Assembly (NCBI RefSeq): GCF_018350175.1
Contig: NC_058368.1
Coordinates: 68,016,001-68,080,000 of the forward strand
Reading direction: 5' to 3'
Source of the DNA: Felis catus
Lineage: Eukaryota
Length of the DNA: 64,000 bases
Below the pieces are notes generated by a model that saw only the letters and a program-made list of their open reading frames with translations, did not search any database and was not told the DNA's origin. The position numbers were made by a program, and so were the translations under genes. This document shows, one piece after another, positions 52,665 through 63,000 of this stretch (position 1 is its first letter; each line of letters opens with the position of its first letter).

Positions 52665-54175
52665 AATAATGACCTCTAATGGGGAAATCAGGGAAGACTT
52701 CATGAAAGAAGTTTTTGAGTTGAATACTGAAGGGGGATTATTATCTCAGCAAACTCCCCAAGTGGGAGATATTGGTTCATATCTGATATGTGCAGCATCA
52801 GATTTGTATGGTGAAACCTGGACAAAATATTCCATCCTTATATTTGGCCCCTGGCAAGATATCCAATCATTTCAAGGGCTAATGAAGATTTGGTTGAATA
52901 AATGAATATACACTGTGCATTAACAGAAGGAGGCAGGGGTTTGAAAAATTCTGAATGGCACCCCTATTTCTCATTTATCTTTGTTGCCCCTATGGTGCCT
53001 GATACAGTCTTGGTGTAATTGTTGGTGCTGAAATACTTCTTAAATGTATGACTGTTGGAGGGGGTGTTGATAATTAGGCTTAAGTGGTAAGTAAACATGT
53101 CAGAGTTTTCCTATACTGATGTATCAGAGCATATGTTAAATTTCAAATGTGTTTGTCATTGTGGTACTGGCACAAGATGAGATATAGATCAATAAAAAAA
53201 TGAATAAATAAAACAATAAATAGGAACTTCTGTTTAATGAGTGCTCCAAACTTTACATGGGCTGTGATAAGCATTTCATATGAATCATCTCTAATTTTTA
53301 AAATGATCTGCAAATAGATCCAACTCTGTTTTGTAGGTAATGGAATCAGACATCAGGAAGTGAATGGGCTTATTCAAGGACACAAGATCAGTAAGACCTG
53401 AGAAAGAATCTAGAAACAGAAAGCTCCTGAAAGGGTCTATGGCACAAAGGAAAATAGACTATGATCATATTGCCTTAAAACAAGTGCAAATATAGAGATT
53501 TATTCAATAACTAGGAGTAAGGTCTTAATTTTAGTAGAAAAATAGTTCCATTCTTACCTGAACCAGTATTTCATTGTGAATGCCAGAGGGAGTACAGTTA
53601 AATGTAAAAAAAAAAAAAAAGAAAAAAGAATAAAGAAATTACAAAAGCACCATAAGGTTAGTATTTTCCTTATATTTGTAGGTAGAAAGACATTCTGTAT
53701 ATAAAAGCAGATAAAGGAGCAACAGTGAAAATAATGATGGATTTGACTACAGAAATATTTATAGTTTCCATAAATCAAAAGAATAAAAAGATACCATGCA
53801 CAAAGTTGAAATGAAAATGGCAAATTGTGAAAAACAAAGTATGCATCTGGAGGTTAAGATCCATGATATAATAATATGATGTGATATGATATGATATAAT
53901 TTAATATAAAAGTGTTTTACAAATAAATAAGAAAAATACAAATTCCCTAATTAAAAATGGGCAGAAGAAATGAATATATATTATTCAAATATATTCTATA
54001 TGTTATATATAATATATTTTAATATATATTAATTATAAATTAGTAAGCACGTAGAAACAATCTCACTGATACTCAAGAAGTAAAAATTAAAGCCATAATG
54101 AGATGCCTCATATTAACTATCAAATTGATAATGATTTAAAACAAAACAAAACCTTTGTCCTGGGGGGAGGTTCTG

Positions 54176-54177
<2 letters not shown>

Positions 54178-54227
<50 letters not shown>

Positions 54228-54231
54228 ACAC
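54178..54231. repeat. (CA)n microsatellite
   Basis: Directly visible. Similar tracts at about 12272-12311, 37737-37763 and 44545-44578; (ACA)n at about 6599-6625. Confidence 0.95.
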
Positions 54232-54953
54232 CTCTAATATACTGTTTGGATATTTGTTGACACTTTTTCCCTTCAGCTGTGAAAAATTGAAAAAAAATCC
54301 ATAATAGGCAGTTATCAAAATATTGTTTGTTATTGTTAGCTAAATTACCCAAATTATATCCAGTGGAATGTTAGTTAACCCCACTTAGATATAATATTTA
54401 ATTATATAATAGGTGCCTTATATTAAATAAGTAGCACATCCATAAAGGATAATATTACTTTGTTAAAATAGGAATATAGATAAATAAAAAGGTTGGAAGC
54501 AATGCATTTAAATGGTAATCATGATGGTCTGACTTTGGTTACATTGTGAAGGTCATATTTTCCAAATTCACTATAATTAAGAAATGATAAGAGAATAAAG
54601 AAATAATTCTTTTTAAAGAAGTAGAGAGAAATGTTTTGCTACACAATTTGAACTTTACTGTGACCCTTGGTGCTCATAGCTGGGAACAGGGATATTGCAT
54701 TTCCAGATTAAAGTTCTTCAGCCCCACTGTCAGGGAATATACAAGTGTATTATGTGATATGTAAATGGTTACATTTACACCCTCTCCTGAGGGCGGAGAC
54801 GGACTGACTGTATTTAAGGTGCAGAGAACATGACCTTCAACACACTACAGGTACATGGACACATGGGTGTGCTACCTGAGCCCTCTTTCATTTGAAGGGT
54901 CCTTTGGGCGGGCTGCTTTCTGTGTTTTACTGTCATTATCAGATGACACTGTT

Positions 54954-55883
54954 GTTTTTTTTTAATATGAAATTTATTGTCAAATTGGTTTCCATACAAC
55001 ACCTAGTGCTCATCCCAATAGGTGCCCTCCTCAATACCCATCACCCACCCTCCCTCTCTCCCACCCTCCATCAACCCTCAGTTTGTTCTCAGTTTTTAAG
55101 AGTCTCTTATGGTTTGCCTCCCACCCTCTCTAACTTTTTTTTTCCTTCCCCTCCTCCATGGTCTTCTGTTAAGTTTCTCAAGATCCACATAAGAGTAAAA
55201 ACATATGGTATCTGTCTTTCTCTGCCTGACTTATTCCACTTAGCTTAACACTCTCCAGTTCCATCCACGTTGCTACAAAAGGCCATATTTCATTCTTTCT
55301 CATTGCCACGTAGTACTCCATTGTGTATATAAACCACAATTTCTTTATCCATTCATCAGTTGATGGACAGTTAGGCTCTTTCCATAATTTGGCTATTGTT
55401 GAAAGTGCTGCTATAAACATTGGGGTAAAAGTGCCCCTATGCATCAGTACTCCTGTATCCCTTGGGTCAGTTCCTAGCAGTGCTATTGCTGGGTCATAGG
55501 GTAGATCTATTTTTAATTTTTTGAGGAACCTCCACACTGTTTTCCAGAGCGGCTGCACCAGTTTGCATTCCCACCAACAGTGCAAAAGGGTTGCCGTTTC
55601 TCCACATCCTCTCCAGCATCTATAGTCTCCTGATTTGTTCATTTTAGCCACTCTGACTGGCGTGAGGTGGTATCTGAGTGTGGTTTTGATTTGTATTTCC
55701 CTGATGAGGAGCGACGTTGAGCATCTTTTCATGTGCCTGTTGGCCATCTGAATGTCTTCTTTGGAAAAGCATCTATGTCTTCTGCCCATTTCTTCACTGG
55801 ATTATTTGTTTTTCGGGTGTGGAGTTTGGTGAGTTCTTTATAGATTTTGGATACAAGCCCTTTGTCCGATATGTCATTTACAA
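54954..55883 (-). mobile_element. Young 5'-truncated felid-type L1 (about 930 bp)
   Basis: Poly(T), 3' UTR and ORF2 C-terminus; short flanking repeat actgtt. Confidence 0.95.
55178..55789 (-). pseudogene. L1 ORF2p C-terminal fragment (cysteine-rich domain), not a host gene
   Basis: [32 protein letters not shown]...; a small deletion near 55775 shifts it out of the upstream KWAED frame. Confidence 0.92.
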
Positions 55884-56413
55884 ACTGTTTTTAATTAGAA
55901 TTTGAGATTCCAGCCTTGGTCTCAATATTGTTTCACCTCTTCCTGAATGTTATTCATTGGTTAATCCAAGAGTTTCTTAAATATATGAATAACAGTACCT
56001 TGAACACATCTGAAAATAAAGCAATCTGGAAATCAAGCGAAAGGGTACACACAGTGTAGAATTTAATTGGTTAAAGCATGCAATGTTATGTTCTTTAGAG
56101 GAGCAGAAAAAACACTGGCACCCCTGTGGCATGAAGGACAATCTTGGTAAACATGGTCAGAGAAGAAATTGGGGTGAAAGAGATAGAAAAGCAATGCATT
56201 ATTTTATGTAACATCTCTTAAGAATTTTCTAGCTGTCCATGTATTCTTGCAGAATACTAACAGGAGAATTTATGGAGGATATAGTGGCAAAACTTAATTT
56301 TTAGAAGAAAACTGTGCTATTTTATTTCAACCACATCCAGGTATCTGCTACATGTTAGCTTTTGTTTTACTTCTCAAATCCCTCTTGAATTTACTTAGAA
56401 AGGCTAGAGTTGT

Positions 56414-56626
56414 GGGGCACCTGGGTGGCTCTGTCGGTTAAGCGTCTGACTTCAGCTCAGGTCATGATCTCACAGTTTGTGAGTTCAAGACCCGCGTCTG
56501 GCTCTGTGCTGACAGCTCCAAGTCTGGATCCTGCTTCTGATTCTGTGTCTCCTTCTCTCTCTCTGCCCCTCCACTGCTCACGCTTTCTCTCGTTCAAAAA
56601 TAAATAAACATTAAAAACATTTTTAA
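56414..56626 (+). mobile_element. CAN-SINE
   Basis: TSD aaaggctagagttgt / aaaggttagagttgt. Confidence 0.96.
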
Positions 56627-57617
56627 AAAGGTTAGAGTTGTGCAAATAATAGGATATTTGGTGGCTATTGAAGGCTTGAATATATATCATGTGATAATTG
56701 TTATGATTCATGTTTTGGGTCTATACCCATCTACTAAGTTTTGCAAACATCATCAGTCTTGAACTTTACCAGCTAATGATGCCTAATATGGACGTCCTGT
56801 GAATAATTGTGATTGTTGCTGCTGTCTTGGAATTCCTTTCTTCCTGTAGGTAGTTTTTGATGAGATGAAAAATAGACCATTAGAGCTTAGGTTGCAATTA
56901 TGAATGCGTATCATGTTTGCAATTATGTTAAACACAGGCAACAAAGTGTTACATAAATTAAACTGGACAATAGCCAAATTTCTTTCAGAGGATGGCAAAG
57001 TCAAAACTGAGAAAGAAGACTTTCAGTGTCTTTTCAAACCCATATGGTAAGTTGTGCGGATTTTGTTACAGTTGTAAAATTCATAACAAATGGCCTTGTT
57101 TAGTCATATCTTTAAGAAAGAAGGTATTTTAACAATGCATTTTAGGAGATGAATTCAAAAGTAAAATAGAATTTTCACATAGATCAGCCCTGCAGAGGGA
57201 CAATTTATTTTGTTTGTGGTTTACTAAGTATTAAATGAAACAAGAAGTGATTTTTAGTCATATTGTTCCTTTGCTGATTAGAATAGTGGAATTCGGGACT
57301 TTGAAGAGATCTTAGTATCGTTTGGCCTGACCTTTTCATATGTGTATGCAAAATATGGAGTCCGAAGAGGTATATTTACTCAAAGCCAAATTTTAACTAG
57401 TTTTGTGATTTCAACTTCAAGTCAGATGACTAGATTTATATTCTAGTTCTCTTTCTTAACATGGTGCTACTTCTTGCTGAATAAATACGGGCTTGTTTTC
57501 ATTTTGCACAAAATTGACATTAGGTGTTTAAAAAACGGTATACTTTATAAGACATGATGGAGACTTTTTTAGAGCTCTGTGATATTTGAGCAGGAAATTA
57601 AAGTTGCTGTTCCTTTA

Positions 57618-57685
57618 AAAAAAAAAACAAAAAAAAACCACCACCGAAACCCAAAACATTTCTTGAGGATTCAACAAATTTTATT
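57618..57685 (-). terminator. Candidate cleavage/polyadenylation site (AATAAA plus GU/U-rich downstream element)
   Basis: Minus strand reads AATAAA (57685-57680), then atttgttgaatcctcaagaaa, then tgttttgggtttcggtggtggttttttttgtttttt. This is the canonical spacing of a mammalian poly(A) site. Confidence 0.55.
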
Positions 57686-57877
57686 CTTCTAAATTTAGCC
57701 TCCATAGTTATAATAATTAACTCTTCAAAAAGGTAGATTTAAAAATAGGATGTTTCAAACATAACTGAAAAAATTCAGGCTAGGCTATCGCTGCCTTACA
57801 ATTATGGTTCTTTAGGGAATGGAGTGACCCTGCTCAGCCATTTTGAATCTTCTCACAGTGTAACATTAATCAGAAAA

Positions 57878-58020
57878 TTACAGTTCCTGAGGGAACTTGT
57901 CTGGGAACATGATGTTCAGTACAGATGGGATGGGAGCGGATGAGGAGCGGGAGGGAGGTAGAGCCATCTTATCCTTCTTGGCCCGGGAAATCTCGGGCAT
58001 CGGTGAGGAGCCCCCAAGTC
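57878..58020 (-). CDS. Candidate terminal coding exon of an unidentified minus-strand gene, encoding (x)LGGSSPMPEISRAKKDKMALPPSRSSSAPIPSVLNIMFPDKFPQEL*
   Basis: On the minus strand: pyrimidine tract plus tandem acceptor ctgtgtcctctccacCAG/CAG (58021-58026); phase-1 open frame of 46 codons to TAA at 57878-57880; GC- and CpG-richer than the flanks; no repeat similarity recognised; poly(A) signal about 190 nt past the stop. Protein not recognised. Confidence 0.5.
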
Positions 58021-58230
58021 CTGCTGGTGGAGAGGACACAGTATAATACAAGTCTTACGCCTCTCGTAGCCCAGTGATGCACTGCCATTATCCTCTTGCT
58101 AAGCTATAACAACTTTCATTGCCTTTTGAAGGAAAGAAAAAATAAAGTGCTCTGCTTGTATTTGGAATGAAGAGCACACCATTTCCTCACTCTGTCTTTG
58201 CTGGTTCTGCCTAATGAAGCAGCTTAGGCA

Positions 58231-58245
58231 CCACGTGACCGGAAT
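58231..58245. promoter_or_regulatory. USF/MiT-TFE class E-box abutting an ETS-like core
   Basis: CCACGTGACCGGAAT: the reverse complement contains GGTCACGTGG, and both CpGs are retained. Confidence 0.35.
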
Positions 58246-59043
58246 AGCCAGAGTTGGGAAATAAGGCCAGCGTGTATGGCTGTCGAGATGGGCATATTGG
58301 CACAGAAGACCTTTGATTGGCTTTAGAAAATAATAGTTGATGTTCTCTGTGGATCTTGCAAGAAAATCTTACTGAAAAAGGCATGTTTCATTTATGCCAC
58401 TTCCTTCTGTTACTGGCAGCCTTGCAAATGATCTGGAACAGGTGGGCATACCAATAAGCAAAGAATGTGCTTTATAGCCTGTCATACTCCACTTATCTTA
58501 TTTTGATGAAGATATATAAGGGGAAGATCACATTTGTACTTGATCTTGTGTTAGGAATCTGTAAAGCACTAACAAAATAAAAGGCACAATTTCTCTTTGG
58601 TAAGTTAGTTGACTATTAAAATTGAGAATAATTTTCTTGCAATTTCACAGTACAGTTTTTCATCGATGGCAGTCATCATTTGGGGCAGGAAAGGGAGAAG
58701 CAGTCTATCAAAAACAGATAAAGAAAAGCCACACCACAGCCTGCTGTTTCTGCTATTTTGGATGATCGAGCTTGTGCGCAAATGAAATCATGACAGATTC
58801 ATTTATATGAAATGGCCATTGCTGATCTCCTTGCCAGAAACTAGATTGCTTTTTTATTTAGGAGATTTGCAGAGCAGTCCTTAGCTTTTTTAGTTAGTGG
58901 CAAAATGGCAACTGGCCAGACTGTCTCTTCTCATTCAGTTGGTATTGACAATATCTTGGGATGCATGCATTAAAATGAATTTCAGTCAATTGAAAAAAAA
59001 AATTTCCCCATTAAAATTTTTTACCTATTTGCCTAGTTGTATT

Positions 59044-59056
59044 GGGGGATTCCCCC
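59044..59056. promoter_or_regulatory. NF-kB (p50-type) site GGGGGATTCCCCC
   Basis: Contains the near-palindromic GGGGATTCCCC consensus exactly. Motif match only. Confidence 0.35.
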
Positions 59057-59944
59057 ATTTAGCCCAATACAAAGATTAACAGCTGGAATGTTACCAGTTT
59101 CGCTGTCAATATGCATAGAGTTAGGAATAAAACGACAACGGCACAATTTACAGATGATTTTTCATTAATGGCATTTACAATTATTGATCATTTTCCTGAA
59201 GGGCTTAAAGCATTTTCATTGCTGGTTATACAGGCCAAATTTATTGAGCAACTGAACTCAATAAATTGATTGATTGGAGAGCAGGACGGTATTTGGCAGT
59301 TACAAAGAAGAATCTTTTAGAACACTAAACTAGCCACAAGCATGTTTTTGGATTGCTCATTTCCTAATTTCCACTGGCCCTTAGAGAGCCTGCCTGCTTG
59401 CTTATCTTTGGCTAACTTTCCCACTGCCAGCACACATTCAGAAGTTCTAAGCAAGGAGAAAGGAATTAGAAGAATTATTATCAGATGAATGAATATATTT
59501 TGTAGTTTTACTTTGCAGTTTGCTTCTGCACCCTTTTCTTATTGGTACCAGCTGTTTGTGTGTTCAGTGGACCAATAAATTTATTCATTTATGAGAGTCC
59601 GTTATGTACACAGTACCTGTGTTAGGAGCTAGGGGTTCAGAGCAAAATAAACAAAGAGCCCTGCCCCACTGAGCTCACATTTTAAGGCAATGTCTTCTTC
59701 CTTGCTCTACCTCAGAACCACTTGAGAGAGAGCGAGAAATCAGCGAAGGTAAACATATCAAGTTTTACTACTGATGAAGGTGACTGGAGAATGTGGCTTT
59801 CGATTTAGCAGCCCAGAGAGGTTTGCTAATTAATGTTTTACTCCTTTACTAGACTAAGCTTCCTGAGAAGTGAGGCCATATCGGTTTTGTTGACTACCAT
59901 CTCTATAGAGCCAACATAGTGAAAAACGATATAACATCCTATAA

Positions 59945-60075
59945 ATAACATGTGTATATATGTATACTTAATGTATTTTATATTTATATATTTGTATAAA
60001 TATATTTATATATGTGTATATAGTTGATTTCACATATATACATAATTGTACGTACGTATATATGTATACGTATGT
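59945..60075. repeat. Degenerate (TA)n/(TATG)n low-complexity tract
   Basis: Directly visible. Confidence 0.85.
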
Positions 60076-60082
60076 GGAGACA

Positions 60083-60716
60083 GAGTCTATTCTCGTTATT
60101 TGTGGTAGTTGTGTCTATGAAGTTTCTGTGAACACTGAATTAGTGAATACTAATTACTCCTAGGGGAAATCTAGATTTAGATTCCTGCAAGCCTCTGGTC
60201 ACACAGCATTTTCAACTGATCAATACACAACGTTATTTTATGTATGTTTCTGTTTAAAGACACAATATTTGATATCTATTGTTGATTCATTAACATTGAA
60301 CTCATGGCCAAGTGCACTATAACTCCTGCCTGTATCTAACACATGTATTTTTCTCCCTAAGGCACACCCCAGCCTTCTTGCACTTAGGAATACCAGACAG
60401 CACTTCAGCTGTATGCTTGGGGACCATTTAAGCAGCAAAATTACCAAGAAAAAGCACAAAAAATGTAAAAAAAAAACATAGCACTAAATAGAGCACAAAA
60501 AAGACACTTGTTTGCACTATGAAAGCTGAAGCAAGAAGGCAGAGCATTGCCTTGTTCAACCTCAGTTGGGAACGTGGATCGGAATTGTTGCTGCTCTGAG
60601 CACGGGGTCTGAAAGATCACAGAGGCACCAGGAGTATTGATTTTGGTGTTACAAAAAAATTTTAGCGAGTGGGTGATTTTGCAAATATGGAATCTGCAAA
60701 TAATGAGGATTGGCTT
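60083..60716 (-). mobile_element. MER82-like Tc1/mariner-Tigger non-autonomous DNA transposon
   Basis: Imperfect TIRs (agtctattctcgttatttg / caaataatgaggattggct); the minus frame keeps a transposase N-terminal HTH remnant KIHVLD..GRSYSALGHEFNVNESTI. Confidence 0.85.
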
Positions 60717-61073
60717 TATATATAGACACAGATTAAATTGCATCTTCTGTCTTTTTTCGTGAGTTCTGCGCTGGGAATTTAGCTCTGGACGAGTTTGTAA
60801 TTCAAAGCTGGAAATGCAGTTTCCAGCTCACAGTAGGGGGGCAAGATAATCCCCTTCCCCCAAGTGCTGGGCTCAGCAATGCAGACCTCCTCTCTGCCTT
60901 TATACTGGTAGCACCCTAAGAGATGGGATGGCACAGTGGTTCAACCAGCCCACAGGCACATCCCAACCATGGCCCAGGGGTTGTGAATACTGAGCTGGAG
61001 AAGAAATGGCTGGAAATGAGGACGTAAGCAGCGATGAGTGTATGGAGACACCAGAAAACAAGCTACCGGAACT

Positions 61074-61088
61074 CGACCAGGTGGCAGC
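61074..61088 (+). promoter_or_regulatory. CTCF core motif
   Basis: CGACCAGGTGGCAGC matches CCASYAGRKGGCRS at 13 of 14 positions, within a locally CpG-retaining patch. Confidence 0.6.
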
Positions 61089-61305
61089 GTGGCTTCGTTC
61101 TCGGTTATGGGCCGGATTCCTGTTTATGGCTGTAACTCCAGGCTTCACTGAGTCACTCACTGCACACTTAGACGCCACCGGTCCCAGCCTCCTGAAGACT
61201 GTGTCCTTCCCAGCTGACTGGCAGTTCTTTCAAGGACATGGGACGCGTTGCCCTGGGAGCCTGAAGTTCAGCATCAGTGTATGCAAGGCCCCCATAAATA
61301 TCTCC

Positions 61306-61534
61306 TTTTATTTTTTTAATGTTTATTTATTCTTGAGAGACAGTGTGCGTGAACGGGGGAGGGGCAGAGAGGGAGAGAGGGAAACAGAATCGAAGGCAGG
61401 CTCAGCACTGTCAGTGCAGAGCCAATGCAGGGGTGGAACTCACCAGCTCCCTAACCTTGCCATCATGACCTGAGCCCTTGACATCATGACTTGAGTCTTG
61501 GTCGTTTAACTTCCTGACGCCACCCAGGCAACCC
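61306..61534 (-). mobile_element. CAN-SINE
   Basis: TSD cccataaata on both sides. Confidence 0.92.
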
Positions 61535-62016
61535 ACCCATAAATACCTTCTTGAGTGATTAACTGTATTCAGGCTTTTTACTGATTTTAAGTTAGACTTT
61601 TTTTAGTGTTGGTTGAATAGGTGCCTAATAGTTGCCTAAAATTCCTATATTGAGATGAGAAAAAAAAAAACCTGTAATATGGCAGCAAGGAAAAGATCAC
61701 AAAAGTATTCATTTGTAACAGTTTAGTATGAATGCTTTTCTGTTAAAATGCAGCTAGTCAACAAATGTACATTATTCATTTTGAGTTTCTTTTCTATTTT
61801 GATGTGAAACCGTCCTTCAGGCATCTGAAGCAAAAGGATACCCTAATACTGAAACTGTATAAAAATGTAGGGAGAAAATGGAACAGCCAATTAAAAAAAA
61901 AAAAAAAGAAAAAAAGGGAAATTTGACCAGTTTGCATTTGATCGGGCCTGGACAGGGAATATAGCGGGTCTCTGTGGTGTAGTATTCACTAAAGCATCAT
62001 TTCTGCTTAGTCTGAT

Positions 62017-62081
62017 AATTAACTAATTAATTAATTAATTAATTTTAGAGAGTGACAGAGCATGATCAGGGGAGAAGGGCA

Positions 62082-62138
<57 letters not shown>

Positions 62139-62255
62139 TTAAGCAGGCTCCACACTGAGCATGGAGACTGATGCAGGACTCAATCTCACTGTGGGATCAC
62201 AACCTGAGCCGAAATCAAGGGTTGAATGCTCAACAGACTGAGCCACCCAGGCACC
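62017..62255 (-). mobile_element. CAN-SINE with (TTAA)n tail and long (GA)n
   Basis: TSD ctgcttagtctgat / ctgcttggtatgat. Confidence 0.93.
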
Positions 62256-62335
62256 CTGCTTGGTATGATCCTTTGATGATGGTAGATAGATAAATAGAGA
62301 GATAGGTAGGTAGATAGATGAATTTGTATGAAACT

Positions 62336-63000
62336 ATGTTTTAGTTTTTTACAGCTGCCATAACAAAGTACTACAAACTAGGTGGCTTAAAACAACAGAA
62401 GCTTATTGTCGTATAAGCCTGGAGTCTAGACATCCAAAGTCAAGGTGTCATCAGAGCCGTGCTCCCCATGAAATGTGTAGGGGAGAATCCTTCCTTGTAC
62501 CAACAATCCTTGGCTTTCCTTGACTTATGGAGACATTACTCCAACCTCTGCCTTCATTGTCACCTGGCTGTCTTTGCCCCATGTGTCTCTGTGCCCACAT
62601 GGTACATCCCACTTCTTCTGACACCAGGCATTCTGGATTAGGGTTCATTCTAATGATCTCATCTTAACTTGATTACATATGCAAAAGACCCTATTTCCAA
62701 ATAAGGTCATACACACAGGTACCAGGAGTTTGGACTCCAACCTATCTTCATATATATATATATATTTTTTTCTTTCTTTCTTTCTTTCTTTGAGAGAGAG
62801 AGAGAGAGTGAGTGCAAGAGGGGAGAGGGGCAGAGGGAGAAAGAGAATGAATCCCAAGCAAGCTCCATGCCTAGCGTGGAGCTGATGTGGAGCTCAATCC
62901 CACGATCTGAGCTGAAACCAAGAGTCAGACACTCAGCTGACTGAGCCACTCTGATGCCCCTCAGTGTATCTTTGTGAAGATGAGATTCTGCCCCATGATA
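62336..63000 (-). mobile_element. MaLR solo LTR (MLT1B/C-like), interrupted by a SINE
   Basis: gctgccataacaaagtactacaaactaggtggcttaaaacaacagaa...gaccctatttccaaataaggtca. Confidence 0.85.
62750..62960 (-). mobile_element. CAN-SINE nested in the MLT1 LTR
   Basis: Antisense SINE with (TA)n/(CTTT)n-converted tail. Confidence 0.9.

Noticed and set aside
55178..55789. Longest ORF (203 aa) as a host gene
   Set aside because: It is the L1 ORF2p C-terminus in a truncated element.
59026..59059. Possible upstream minus-strand exon (MGESPNTTRQI, donor AG/GTAAAA) in phase with the candidate terminal exon
   Set aside because: Weak donor; phase agreement is expected one time in three by chance; no independent support.
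60829..60845. Second CTCF-like motif cagtaggggggcaag
   Set aside because: An extra G breaks the core spacing.
61006..61473. 155-aa ORF as a CDS
   Set aside because: The C-terminal third is SINE sequence and no homology is recognised; the region is better explained as a regulatory patch.
1286..62960. tRNA genes
   Set aside because: All tRNA-like A/B-box sequences are CAN-SINE or MIR heads followed by SINE bodies.
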